From Vulcanimicrobiota bacterium (GTDB taxonomy: Bacteria > Vulcanimicrobiota > Vulcanimicrobiia > Vulcanimicrobiales > Vulcanimicrobiaceae): a stretch of DNA of 64,000 nt. A model generated the notes under the pieces. It did no database searches and was not told the origin of the DNA. It worked only from the letters and a program-made list of their open reading frames with translations. This document shows, in pieces, positions 39,107 to 49,796 of the stretch (positions are counted from its first letter, which is position 1; the number at the start of each line of letters is the position of its first letter). The DNA lies in NCBI GenBank assembly GCA_963812155.1, contig CAWETW010000001.1, positions 480,001 to 544,000 of the forward strand, read 5' to 3'. A program made the position numbers and the translations under genes.

Positions 39107-39135
39107 TTGCCCCCGGGTGGCCGCCGTGGTATCAT
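39107..39135 (+). promoter_or_regulatory. Sigma70-type promoter for rpmB
   Basis: TTGCCC-17 nt-TATCAT with TGG extension. Confidence 0.55.
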
Positions 39136-39158
39136 CCGTTGGTTGTCTACCCTAGTGG

Positions 39159-39199
39159 TGTCATCCTGAGCGCAGGCGCGCAGCGCCGCAGTCGAAGGA
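39159..39199 (-). repeat. REP-like palindromic repeat, copy B
   Basis: Reverse complement is 39/41 identical to copy A. Confidence 0.85.
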
Positions 39200-39240
39200 T
39201 GCGACGTTTCTCTCACCCGACCGACACGAAGGAAATCCCG

Positions 39241-39432
39241 ATGGCGAAGCGCTGTGAAGTCTGTGGCAAGGGCCCGCGTTCGGGCAACAACGTCAGCCAC
39301 GCCATGAACAAAACGAAGCGCCGCTGGCTGCCCAATTTGCAGTCGGTGAAAGTCGACGATCACGGCACGCACCGCACCGCCAAGGTGTGCACGCAGTGCC
39401 TGCGCTCCAAGCGCATCACCCGCAAGGCCTAA
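39241..39432 (+). CDS. rpmB: 50S ribosomal protein L28
   Basis: [34 protein letters not shown]...CTQCLRS. Confidence 0.97.
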   Translation: MAKRCEVCGKGPRSGNNVSHAMNKTKRRWLPNLQSVKVDDHGTHRTAKVCTQCLRSKRITRKA

Positions 39433-39443
39433 CTTCGGCTCCG

Positions 39444-40418
39444 GTGTCGCTGCTTCGCGCGGCCGGCGCGCTCGCAATCGCGGGATTGCTGTGCGCGTGT
39501 TCGGCATCGCAGTCCGTCCCGGCCTCAAACCGGTTCGTGCCCGAAGGGGCGAGATCTTCGGTCCGCACGCTTCCGCAGAATCTCCGTGGCATCACCTACG
39601 ATGACATATCGAGTCACTGCGCGACCACGCAGGCGCAGCTGAAGACGGAACAACTCCTGAACCAGCCGGCCATCCGCGTCGTCTTCGATCCGATCAAAGC
39701 CTCATGCTACGCCACGGCGGTTACGAATCTGGATCGATACGGCTATACGATGGGCGAGCTGGTCGACAGCTCGTCGATGAAGCGCTATACGCTCTCGCAA
39801 GTAAAATCGCGCGCGAAGGATTACCTGACGACCCTTGGCGGCGGCATCGACCTATGGGAGATCGGCAACGAGGTCAACGGCGAATGGCTCAGCCGCGTGC
39901 ACTGCCCAACGCAGCACGAGTGTGCGGCCCAGGCTCACGACGTCATGGCGAAAGTCGAGGCGATGTACGACGCCGTCACCGCCAAAGGTTATGCGACCGA
40001 GCTCACGCTCTACTATCAGGGTTCCAAGACGGTGACGCCGGGTTACGAAATGCTGCCCTGGGAACAAACCTACGTCCCCAGCCGCATGCACGCGGGTTTA
40101 CGGTACGTCCTGGTTTCGTATTACGAAGCCGGCAATAACGGCATCCGTCCCTCGCACGCAGAGTTGGATGGCATTTTTCGCACGTTGGCACAGGATTTTC
40201 CGAACGCAAAGATCGGTTTCGGCGAAATCGGGATGGCTCATCCGATTGCGCAATCCAGCCTGTCGAAGGCGGAAGACATCTTCTCCTACTACCAGACGCT
40301 CAGTTTTGCAAACGTCCCGTCGTACACGCGTGCGGGCTTTTGGTGGTACTCCGCCGAGGATCTCGTTCCGTCCACAAAATGGCCCGCGTTCTTCACTGAA
40401 GTGCAGTCGAAGCTATAA
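39444..40418 (+). CDS. Lipoprotein with glycoside hydrolase-like motifs
   Basis: Lipobox LCAC; WEIGNEVNG and IGFGEIG (clan GH-A-like glutamates). Confidence 0.65.
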   Translation: MSLLRAAGALAIAGLLCACSASQSVPASNRFVPEGARSSVRTLPQNLRGITYDDISSHCATTQAQLKTEQLLNQPAIRVVFDPIKASCYATAVTNLDRYGYTMGELVDSSSMKRYTLSQVKSRAKDYLTTLGGGIDLWEIGNEVNGEWLSRVHCPTQHECAAQAHDVMAKVEAMYDAVTAKGYATELTLYYQGSKTVTPGYEMLPWEQTYVPSRMHAGLRYVLVSYYEAGNNGIRPSHAELDGIFRTLAQDFPNAKIGFGEIGMAHPIAQSSLSKAEDIFSYYQTLSFANVPSYTRAGFWWYSAEDLVPSTKWPAFFTEVQSKL

Positions 40419-40442
40419 GCCTCTTCGCCCGCGCGGGGAACC

Positions 40443-41414
40443 CTATCCCGAAAAGTGATCCCAGCCGGTGCGGGCGAGCGATTCGCCGCGGAACTCGAGC
40501 CCTGCTTCGGCGCGCAACACGCCGACGCGATGCAGCGGTCGCTTAAAACGCGCGCTGAAACGCCGCGCAAGGTGCGCGAAAGCGCGCGGCGCGATCGCAA
40601 CCAGTAGTTCGAAATCTTCGCCGCCGGCAAGTGCGTAACGCTCCGGATCCTCGCCCAAAGCCGTAGCGGCCTCGCGCGCAGACGGCGCCGCCGGAACGCC
40701 CTCGAGAATCGCGCCGCAGCCGCTCGCCGCACACAGGCGATCGAGATCCGTCGAGAGCCCGTCGGAGATATCCATCATCGCCTGAACGTTGGCGCTCGCG
40801 CTGAAAAAGCGCCCTTCCGCGCAGCGCGCTTCCGGCCGGCGAAACGCGCGCAAAGCATCGCGTTCTGCGTCGCCGGTCAATGCAACGCGGCCCGATGCGC
40901 AGTCGAGCCCCGCGCGCGCCGCGCCGAGCACACCCGTCACCGCGAGCACGGCGCCGGGGCGTCCGCCCGCGCGCGTCTTCACGTTCGAGGGTCGCACTTC
41001 GCCGACGGCCGTGATCGCGATCGTCAGCACCGGCGCTCGCGACAAGTCGCCGCCGGCGATGTCCAGCCCCGACGCGCGCGCCGACTGCGACAATCCCTCG
41101 TACAGCTCGCATAACGCGTCGAAGCCGTAATCCTCCGGCACGCCGAGCGCGACGGTCGCCAGCAGCGGCCGCGCGCCCATTGCGGCTAGATCCGATGCGT
41201 TGGCAGCCATTGCGCGCCACCCCACGTCGCCGGCAGACATCGCGTCGCGCGTGAAGTGCACGCCTTCGACGAGGATGTCGGTCGTGATCGCGCTGCGGTG
41301 CGAACGCGACGGCTGCCAGAGCGCCGCGTCGTCGCCGATGCCGAGCACGATTCGCCGCTGAGCGGCCGGTTCGACAATCGCGCGAATTGCCGCGATGACA
41401 TCGTCTTCACGCAT
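40443..41414 (-). CDS. thiL: Thiamine-monophosphate kinase
   Basis: GIGDDAA, D.LVEGVHF, NASDLAAMG, DISDGL, GGEDFEL, GWDHF. Confidence 0.95.
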   Translation of the reverse strand: MREDDVIAAIRAIVEPAAQRRIVLGIGDDAALWQPSRSHRSAITTDILVEGVHFTRDAMSAGDVGWRAMAANASDLAAMGARPLLATVALGVPEDYGFDALCELYEGLSQSARASGLDIAGGDLSRAPVLTIAITAVGEVRPSNVKTRAGGRPGAVLAVTGVLGAARAGLDCASGRVALTGDAERDALRAFRRPEARCAEGRFFSASANVQAMMDISDGLSTDLDRLCAASGCGAILEGVPAAPSAREAATALGEDPERYALAGGEDFELLVAIAPRAFAHLARRFSARFKRPLHRVGVLRAEAGLEFRGESLARTGWDHFSG

Positions 41415-41433
41415 GTTCGTTAGTTGCCGCTCG

Positions 41434-41497
41434 TCCTTCGACTGCGCGCCCCTTCGACTCGCTGCGCTCGCTCAGGGGAGCTTCGCTCAGGATGACA
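41434..41497 (+). repeat. REP-like repeat copy C, with a second unit nested in its loop
   Basis: TCCTTCGACTGCGCG[CCCCTTCGACTCGCTGCGCTCGCTCAGGGG]AGCTTCGCTCAGGATGACA. Confidence 0.85.
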
Positions 41498-41504
41498 CTG
41501 CGGA

Positions 41505-42166
41505 TCACTGGAGCAGCGAGCGGATGCGTCGGAGTTCGGCGCCGGGGTCGGCCGCACCGAAAATCGTCGAGCCCATGACGAGCACGTCGGCTCCGGCCTC
41601 GACGAGTTCGCGCGCGTTGCGCTCGCCGACGCCGCCGTCGATTTCGATCAGACACGCGACGCCGCGGCCGTCGATCATCTCGCGCAGTTCGCGAACCTTG
41701 TCGAACGTGCGCGGAATGAACTGCTGCCCGGAGAAACCCGGGATTGACGCTCATCACGAGCACCGTGTCGCAGTCCTCGATAATGTCTTGCAGCATCAAC
41801 GACCGGCGTTTGCGGGCAGATCGCGATGCCGGCCTTGGCTCCGAGCGAGCGGATGTGCGTCAGCAGGCGTTGCGCGTGCGGGGTCGCTTCGAGGTGAAAC
41901 GTGATGCGGTCGCAGCCGGCCGCTCGAAAATCGTCGACGTAGCGCTCCGGCTCGACGATCATCAGGTGCGCATCGAAGACCAACGGCGAGAGCGGCCGCA
42001 AGTCGCCGATGATCTTCGGTCCCCAGGTGATGTTCGGCACGAACCGTCCGTCCATCACGTCGAGGTGCAGGTAATCGGCGCCGGCGGCTTCGACCGTGGC
42101 GATTTGCTCGGCGATGCGCGCGAAATCCGCCGACAGCAGCGACGGGGCGATCTTCGTGGCGCTCAC
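41505..42166 (-). CDS. rpe: Ribulose-phosphate 3-epimerase, frameshifted
   Basis: IAPSLLSADF, HLDVMDG.FVPN, DAHLM, LVMSVNPGF, EIDGG. Confidence 0.93.
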
Positions 42167-43242
42167 GGCGTGCTCGACGGTCGGGGCGAAGCGGGTTTAT
42201 TGCCGTACACCACCGGTGGTTCGGTGCCCAGCCGCGTTTCGCCGACCAGCACGTCGTTGACGTACATGTCGACCAGCGACGTCCCGATCGCGGTAACGGT
42301 GAAGTCGAGTTTCTGACCGGGCTCGGCAAACGCGTGATAGAGATCGTATTTGCCGGTCGCGTCGGTCACCGTGAGCCGCACGTCGAGCTGCTGCTGTTGT
42401 TCGGTTTGCTGTTCGCCTTGCTGCGCCTGGTCGGGAACCGGTACCGAAACGAGCACGCGCACTTGACGAATGATGTAACCCGATTCGTACGGACCGGCAC
42501 TCACCTGCAGCGAAACCGGCTCGAAGGATGCGATCTTCGCTTTAGCCGCCGGGATTTGGCGCACGACCGCGCCGTGCGGCGGACCGTTCGGGCCCAGCGG
42601 CGTCCAGACAATCTGCCCGAGTTTGACGCCGCTTTTTGCGGCCAGGGCACGAGCATCGTCGACGAGCATGCCGGTAAAGTTCGGCACCTGCAGCGCCGAA
42701 AGCCCGCCGCGGCTCACGACCAGCGTAACGGTGTCGTCGCCGCCGACGTTCGCCAGCGGCGCGGGGTCCTGCGAGATGACGTGGCCCTCGGGAACGATGT
42801 CGCTTTTTGCGTAGGTCACTTTGCCGAGCTTCATTCGGACCCGCGAGAGGTCGAGCTCCACTTCGCGCATCGACTGATACCGTAAGTCGGGCATCAAGCG
42901 CGCGATGATGCCGTCGCTGATGACGAACGAAATCTGACGCCCTTCGCGGGCCTGCGCGCCGGCGTCGGGGCGCTGCGAGATGATGACGTTCTTCGGATAG
43001 CGATCGCTGGTGGTGTGATCGACGACCGCCGGCGTGAGTTTGAGGCGAGCGGCTTCCGCATTGGCGTCGGTGAGCGTTTGCCCGACGAACGACGGCACCG
43101 TAATCGTGTCGGACGGCGGCAGCAAGAAGTCGTGAATTTGGTGGCCGAACCACACGACGACGGCGACGAACACCGCGAGAACGATCGGGAAGACCCAATC
43201 GCGCGGCAGATACTCCGCGAGCGACCCGCGCGTCAGTCTCAG
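42163..43242 (-). CDS. Membrane-anchored protein with three PASTA domains and no kinase domain (probable CTG start)
   Basis: VPSFVG, IISQRP, MPDL, VISQDP, VPNFTG repeats; N-terminal TM helix. Confidence 0.85.
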   Translation of the reverse strand: MRLTRGSLAEYLPRDWVFPIVLAVFVAVVVWFGHQIHDFLLPPSDTITVPSFVGQTLTDANAEAARLKLTPAVVDHTTSDRYPKNVIISQRPDAGAQAREGRQISFVISDGIIARLMPDLRYQSMREVELDLSRVRMKLGKVTYAKSDIVPEGHVISQDPAPLANVGGDDTVTLVVSRGGLSALQVPNFTGMLVDDARALAAKSGVKLGQIVWTPLGPNGPPHGAVVRQIPAAKAKIASFEPVSLQVSAGPYESGYIIRQVRVLVSVPVPDQAQQGEQQTEQQQQLDVRLTVTDATGKYDLYHAFAEPGQKLDFTVTAIGTSLVDMYVNDVLVGETRLGTEPPVVYGNKPASPRPSSTP

Positions 43243-43985
43243 GCCAAGGCCTCCAGCGAAACGTCGCTCACATCCAGGTTGTTGAACACGCGTTGCACGT
43301 CCTCGTGCTCGTCCAGCGCCTCCAGAAGACGCAGCGCCGCGGAAAGCTCGTCGCCCTGCAACGCGATTTTCGTCTTCGCGCGCATGCCGAGATACGCGTC
43401 TTCGATCTTCATGCCGCGTTCGCGCAATGCGTCGCGGGCGCTTGCGAGCTTCGCCGGGCTGGTGTAGACGACCGCGAATTCGGGATCGTATTCGACATCG
43501 ACGACGCCCTCGACGAGCGCGTCTTCGGTAAATGCATCTTCGGATTTGCCGGCGGGATCGGTTTCCACCATACCGACCGCATCGAACATCCAGCCGACGC
43601 CGCCGGTCTCGCCGAGCGATCCGTCGTGCTTCACGAAAAGAAAGCGCAGTTCGCCGGCCGTGCGGTTGCGGTTGTCGGTAGCGGCGTCCACCACGACGGC
43701 GAGCCCGTGCGGACCGTGCCCTTCGTAACGAATCTCTTCGATTTCGCGCTCGCCGCTCTGCCCGGCGCCGCGCGCGATCGCCCGCTTGATGTTATCTTGC
43801 GGCATGTTGAATACGCGGGCTTTTTCGACCGCCATCTTCAGCCGGTAGTTGGCCTCGGGATCGGGCGAACCGCCTTTGGCCGCGAGGATGATCTCTTTGC
43901 TCAACTTGGTGAAGAGGGCGCCGCGCTGCGCGTCGACTTTGCCCTTCTTGAGCTTGATATTATGCCACTTCGAATGTCCAGACAT
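43239..43985 (-). CDS. YebC/PmpR family protein
   Basis: MSGHSKWHNIK, YEG.GP.G, TDNRNRT, EDVQRVFNN. Confidence 0.95.
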   Translation of the reverse strand: MSGHSKWHNIKLKKGKVDAQRGALFTKLSKEIILAAKGGSPDPEANYRLKMAVEKARVFNMPQDNIKRAIARGAGQSGEREIEEIRYEGHGPHGLAVVVDAATDNRNRTAGELRFLFVKHDGSLGETGGVGWMFDAVGMVETDPAGKSEDAFTEDALVEGVVDVEYDPEFAVVYTSPAKLASARDALRERGMKIEDAYLGMRAKTKIALQGDELSAALRLLEALDEHEDVQRVFNNLDVSDVSLEALA

Positions 43986-44083
43986 CGATTTATCTCAACT
44001 CGTCGTCAGCTCGGCCCTCATTTACCATAGTAAACCTCGGCCCTCGCTTCCTGGATTTGAAATAAATCAAGAGATTCGCTATA

Positions 44084-47000
44084 TTATCCCGGACCGATGA
44101 CCCACTTGTCGATCCACATCCGGTGGTGCCAGGCATCCCACGAGATCGGATAGGACGCGAGAATCGGATAGAAATAGACGAACGTGCCGACCGCCAGTGC
44201 GACGTAGGCGCCGACCGCCAAGCCTCCCAACAGCGTGGCCCGCGGCTCCATCTGACGCTTACCCCATTGCCAGACTCGCTGCAGCACGATCGCGTTGCAA
44301 AGGCAAATTAACGGAATGTCCACGTAAAAGTGGTACGCGAACGTAATGCGTGGCGAGCGCATCCACGGCAGCCACTGCAGCAAATACGTCAGCACGATCA
44401 GCGCGTAGCCCTTGTTGCGCTCGCGCCACGCCAGCAGCGCGACCCACGGAACGCAGAGCAGCCCGAACCATAGAATCGCCGGATTCGGCATCGACGTGAT
44501 TTCGTAGACGCAGCAGCCCTTCGGGTCGCTTTGGTCTTTACGGCGATCTTGATAGTAGTACGCGACCGGCACGTAATCGAGCGGCCATTCCCACCACTGC
44601 GAGGAGTACGGATGCGTCGCTTTGAGCGTGTCGTGATACTCGAACATCGAGTATTGGCGATAGACGACGTCGTTGAGATTGTGGACCTCGTTCGGGTCGT
44701 TCGAGTGACGCGCGAGGTCGGGCATCCACGCCAACGCGTAGACCGTCATGCTGACGAACAGAATCGTCACGAGCGCGCCGTCGAGGCGAAATCCGCGCGC
44801 ATTGCCCCACAGCGCCGGCCGTTTCTGCAGCACGAGACGCTGCAAGAAGACGACGATCAGCACGATGAAGCTGACGCCGAACCCCATGACGCCGTACCAC
44901 TTGCTGCTGACCAGACATCCGAGCGCGACGGTAAAGACGATCAACCACAACTTCGACGACCGGCCTTCGGCGCGGCCGCCGTTCGCGCGGACCGTCTCGC
45001 CGTCGTAGACCGCGTCGCCCGCCGGCGTGCGATAGGTGACCGTCGCATCGCGTCCGTATTCGATGGTTAGCGGATCGTCGTCATAGACCAGTTTCCCGCT
45101 GCGATTTTGCGAATGCGCACCGCGCACGACCTTGCCGCGAGCGTCGATCGTTCCGCCGTCGGCAGCGTAGACCGTCGTGTCGCCGCCGGCGCGCAGTGCG
45201 TACGAGCCTTCGCCGAAGCTCAACTCCCGCGCGCCGTCGCCGAAAAAGCGCGGCAGCAGCGTGTAGCGCACGATGAGGTAGGCCCCGGCCGCCAGGTACA
45301 GCGTAGCGATCGTCGTCGTCGCCGTGTCGAACGTCCAAATGGCGCGCAGCGCAAACGCGACGATCGCGCCGGCGACCAGCGCCGCCGCGGCGGCCGCCGC
45401 GAACCCCCATTCCGGAACTTCCACGTGGGCACGGTCGCCCGTTTGCGAACTGATCCAGAACCGGTAGAACGCGTAGGTGGCCAGCGTTGCAAAGAAAATG
45501 ACGAAGCCTTCGGGCGTCGCGATGCGCGACTGGACGAAGTGCATGCCGTCGGCCGTCAGCAGCAGCGCCGTAACGCACGCGAAGAACGTCGAACCCGTGA
45601 TCCGTTTGGCGAAGACGTAGAGCAGCATCACGACAAGCGCGCCGAAGACGACGTCGAGGAAACGCCAGCCGTACGAGTTGTCCCCGTTGGTTGCGTGGCC
45701 GATGATGCCGTTGAGCAACGTCCAGCCGCCCAGGCCGTGACCGTGCGGCATGCCGCCGAAGAGCATCATCGAAAGCGTGACCAGCAGCTTGGTCAGCGGC
45801 GGATGCGTGTTTTCGTAGATGCGGAGATTCTGCAGATACTCTTCACCGGCGCGCGCGAAGTAAATTTCATCGAAGACTTTGTCCGGCGGATACCAGTAGC
45901 CGACGAACGATAAGATGAAATTGAAGACGCCGAAGGCAGCGGCAAGCACGTAGTCGAGCGGCGCGCGCATCGCGACGAGACCCTCGCGCGGATCGAACCA
46001 GTGCCGCACCCCGGCAGCCGTAGCCATCGCGCTCTGCGCCGGCGCTTCGCCTTCGGGGGGCGCATCGGAGACGACTTCGGCCGGTGCCGTCTCGCCCCCG
46101 AGAAACTGATAGCCCAGCCAGAAGAACATCGCGACCGCGATCAGCGCGAAGACCGGCGTACCCGCACCCCAGAGATTTTGCGCGTTGACGCCCTGGACGT
46201 TGTTTTGGACGACGTGCAAATACTGCAACGAGTATTCGAGGTTTGCAAAGAGCACGACCGTCAATGCGACCGCACTCCAGAGGTAGCGCCGCGCGAACGG
46301 GATGCAGACGATCGTAAACAGCAGCCCGTTAAAGAGATAGCGTTCGTGCATGCGCGTTGCCAGCACGAAGAACGCGATCGTTACGACCGCACATCCCTCG
46401 AGCAGCGCGCGCGGCGTACGCTCCTGCAGATAGCGCCACAGCACTAGCGCGACCGCGACGGTCACCAGGGCGATGCCCCAGAGATACTGCGGCCCGAGCG
46501 AGAGTGAACCAAAGAGATTCACCGGCGTCGTATCGGGCTGCCACATGGATCCGCGAATCGCCCAAAGGTTGAACGCGTTGACGCTGTTGTAGGCGTAGAC
46601 GCTCGAACCGTAACTGTAGCGCTCGATCAACCAGGAAAATGCCGCAATCGGATTGCTGGCGTGGAACGGTTCGACGAGGACGACGGCCAGTACGAGCGCT
46701 GCGACGATGCCGGCGGCGGTCGACGTCAAGCGAACGCGCCGCCGCTCCCGATCGACGAATGCGAACGCCAGCATCAGCGGCAGCACGACCGCCGCTTGCG
46801 GTTTGATCAGCAGCGAATAGCCGACGAGCAGCCACGCGCCGACGATCCACCCGCTGATGCGCGTGGCGGCCACATCGTCGGAGCGCAACAGACAATAGAT
46901 CGCACCGAGGGCGAGGCCGGCGGCGATCGAATCCACTTGGCCCCACGCCGCCGAGTTATAAACGATCGCGGGATTGAGTAAGTAGAACGCGGCCGCGCCC

Positions 47001-47388
47001 AGCGCGAGGCGCTCGTTGGCAAAACGGCGGACGATGCCGAACACGAGCACGCCGATGCCGAGATCGGCGAGAATCGCGGGCAGCTTGACCAAGACCTTCA
47101 GAACGGTATAGTTGCCGTTGAAGAGCGCGTGCCACAGCCAGCCGACGAAGCCGAGGATGTAGAGATAGCCGGGCGGATAGTCGGCGAATCCGCCGCTTCC
47201 GTAGAAGTTTGCGAACCCGTGTGCCGCCAGCATGCCGCCCACGCTTCGAACGTGTCGACGTCGGTTTTGAAGCCTTCGTTACCGATGAAGAGCAGGCGTA
47301 TGATGAAGCCCGCAACCACCAGCCCGGGCAACGCCCACGACCGAATCGATTCGGGCGATCGCATCCGCACCGGCGTGCCGGCGCTCAT
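44084..47388 (-). CDS. Two-module GT-C glycosyltransferase (GT87-like plus PMT/GT39), frameshifted near 47240
   Basis: DYPP, WGQVDS, KPQA, RMHERY, then FDEIY, HPPL.K, SRIA, SKW, HPYSS.WW.WP. Confidence 0.85.
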
Positions 47389-48374
47389 GCGGGCCGCGCC
47401 TCGCGGACGCGTTCCGTCAGATCGAGCGTGCGCAGCAAAAAGTCGCGGAACTCGGCGTTGGGATGGCGTTCGATCACGGCCACATGTTCTGCGGCGGCGG
47501 CGCGCGCGGCCCCTCTCGCACCGAGTTCGTCGAGCGCCGCGACGACGCGTTGCACTTCTGCCGGCTGGAGCGGCCGCGCTTGCGCGTATGCATCGGCGAC
47601 GGCATCGCGTGCCGGCGAACGAGGCTGTGCGATCGCCCACACGACCGGAAACGTCCACTTGCGCCGCGCGACGTCGCTGCCGGTCGTTTTGCCGGTTTCG
47701 TCGACCGACGACCAAATGCCCGACACGTCGTCGCGTATTTGAAAGGCCATGCCGTACGCGCGTCCGACGTCGCCATATCCGGCAATTACCGCTTCGTCGC
47801 ACTCCGCCGAGTGCGCGCCCAAGCGGCACGATGCGTCGAAGAGCTGAGCCGTCTTGCAGGCGATCATGCGATGGTAGGCGTCGAGCGTGACGAGCATCTC
47901 GCTTTCGAAGCGCAGATCGAGCGACTGCCCTTCGCACATCACTGCGTGCGCTTCGTGCATCAGCGCGATCATCTGCAGCACGCGGTGCGGATCGAGATGC
48001 TCGGCCGCGCGTTCGAGGCTCAAGAAACTCAGCGCGCACATCGCGTCGCCCGCGTTGATCGCCTGACCGATACCGTAGGTGCTCCACAGCGTCGGACGGC
48101 CGTGACGCAGTTCGTCGCGGTCCTCGATGTCGTCGTGCACGAGCGAGTAGTTGTGAAAGATCTCGACGGCTACGGCGGCGTCGACTGCGTTCTGCGGCGG
48201 CGCGCCTTCGCCGGCCGCAACGCGCATGACCATTTGCGGCCGTAGCCGCTTGCCGCGCCGCGCCCGGCCGTACGGTCCGTATCCGAAGTGGCACAAAAGC
48301 ATATCGGAGATCTGCCTAGATCCCCGATAGCTAACGAGCCGTTCCTCGAGGGCGTCTTCGAACGCCTCAAGCAG
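47385..48374 (-). CDS. Polyprenyl (geranylgeranyl) diphosphate synthase
   Basis: GKRLRP, HDDIED, AINAGD, GQSLDL, KTA, FQIRDD; start either ATG 48302 or upstream CTG 48374. Confidence 0.92.
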   Translation of the reverse strand: MLEAFEDALEERLVSYRGSRQISDMLLCHFGYGPYGRARRGKRLRPQMVMRVAAGEGAPPQNAVDAAVAVEIFHNYSLVHDDIEDRDELRHGRPTLWSTYGIGQAINAGDAMCALSFLSLERAAEHLDPHRVLQMIALMHEAHAVMCEGQSLDLRFESEMLVTLDAYHRMIACKTAQLFDASCRLGAHSAECDEAVIAGYGDVGRAYGMAFQIRDDVSGIWSSVDETGKTTGSDVARRKWTFPVVWAIAQPRSPARDAVADAYAQARPLQPAEVQRVVAALDELGARGAARAAAAEHVAVIERHPNAEFRDFLLRTLDLTERVREARPA

Positions 48375-49209
48375 GTTGACGGCTCAGCTCCTCCATGCGC
48401 GCCTCCACCTCATCGACCAGCCAGCCGGGTGTCGACGCGCCCGACATCAAGCCGGCGACGCTGATGCCGTCGAACCATTCCGGGCGGAGTTCCTGCGCAT
48501 TCTCGATGTGGTAGGCGCGCGCGCCGTGCGACTCGGAGAGTTCGGCCAGATGCTTGGTGTTCGCCGACGTCTTTCCGCCGACGACGACCATCACTTCGAC
48601 GTCGCGGGCGAGCCGCAGCGCTTCGTCTTGCCGGTTGTGCGTGTCGGTGCAGATCGTATTGACCGCGCGCACCTCGTAGTATTTGGCTGCCAGCGCCTGC
48701 ACGATCTCGGTAAAGCCTTCGCCCGACCACGTCGATTGCACGACGACGCCGACCTTGCTCGAGCGCGGAAGTTTCGCGACGTCGTCCACCGACTGAATGC
48801 ACCACGCGCCCGGCACGTGGCTCAGCGTCCCTTTTACTTCCGGGTGAGCGGGATCGCCGATCACGACGATCTTGTAGCCGTCGGACTTCAGCTTCTCGGC
48901 CTGCACGTGAATCTTCGTGACCATCGGACAGGTGGCGTCGATGATCTCGAGTCCCTTGCCCTTGGCTTTTTCGAAGACGTCGACCGGCAATCCGTGCGCG
49001 CGAACGAAGAGCGAGCCGGCATCGACGTCGTCGACCGATTGCGCGTTGCGCAGACCGCGCGATTGCAGCGATTCGACCATCTGCGGATTGTGGACGACGT
49101 GTCCGAGCGTCGTCACCTCGCCGCGTGAGGCGATGGCCTCTTCGGCCTTTTTGACCGTAATGGCGACGCCAAAGCAGAACCCCTGAACCGACGCCTTACG
49201 AATTTCCAC
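48367..49209 (-). CDS. ispH: 4-hydroxy-3-methylbut-2-enyl diphosphate reductase
   Basis: GFCFGV, VHN, RAHG, DATCP, HPEV, TIC, SANT, GASTP. Confidence 0.95.
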   Translation of the reverse strand: MEIRKASVQGFCFGVAITVKKAEEAIASRGEVTTLGHVVHNPQMVESLQSRGLRNAQSVDDVDAGSLFVRAHGLPVDVFEKAKGKGLEIIDATCPMVTKIHVQAEKLKSDGYKIVVIGDPAHPEVKGTLSHVPGAWCIQSVDDVAKLPRSSKVGVVVQSTWSGEGFTEIVQALAAKYYEVRAVNTICTDTHNRQDEALRLARDVEVMVVVGGKTSANTKHLAELSESHGARAYHIENAQELRPEWFDGISVAGLMSGASTPGWLVDEVEARMEELSRQPA

Positions 49210-49796
49210 GTATACTCCCCGCGAGCGCCGCAATCGCGCTCATTACCTCTTCTGTAAACTTCGCCAAATCGTCGCGCGTTGCTTTCCGGTCCGCAGGAAG
49301 GGAGAGCGGCTTCCCCCATGCGACTTTCATCTTACCCAAACGCAGCGCCCGGTCGCCGCCGAGAACGCACACCGGCAGGACCGGCGCCCCCGACAGCGAT
49401 GCGAGCAGCGCGACGCCGGTTTGGGGCACCACCTCGCCCGTGAGGTTGCGCGTACCTTCGGGAAAGATACCCACGGTGCCGCCCTTCTGAAGCACGGCGA
49501 GCGACTGTTTGATGGCGGATTTCGCGCTGCCCTGGCGATCGACGGGGTAGGCGCCGACCGCGGCAATCACCGGCCCCAGCACCGGAATTTCGAACAGCTC
49601 TTTCTTTGCCATGAAGCTGATGCGACGCGGCGAGAAACACAGCGCGGGCGGGTCGAGATACGAAAGATGGTTGCACGCCATGATGAGCGGGCCCGTCGCG
49701 CGGGATGTTCTCGAGGCCGTAAGCGCGCGTGCGAAACGCGACCCGAAAGATGATGCGCAACAGACCGGAGGCGACATCGTAGACGCGCGGCTTCAT
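49196..49796 (-). CDS. plsC: 1-acyl-sn-glycerol-3-phosphate acyltransferase, frameshifted
   Basis: NHLSYLD, FMAKKELF, FPEGTR. Confidence 0.9.
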
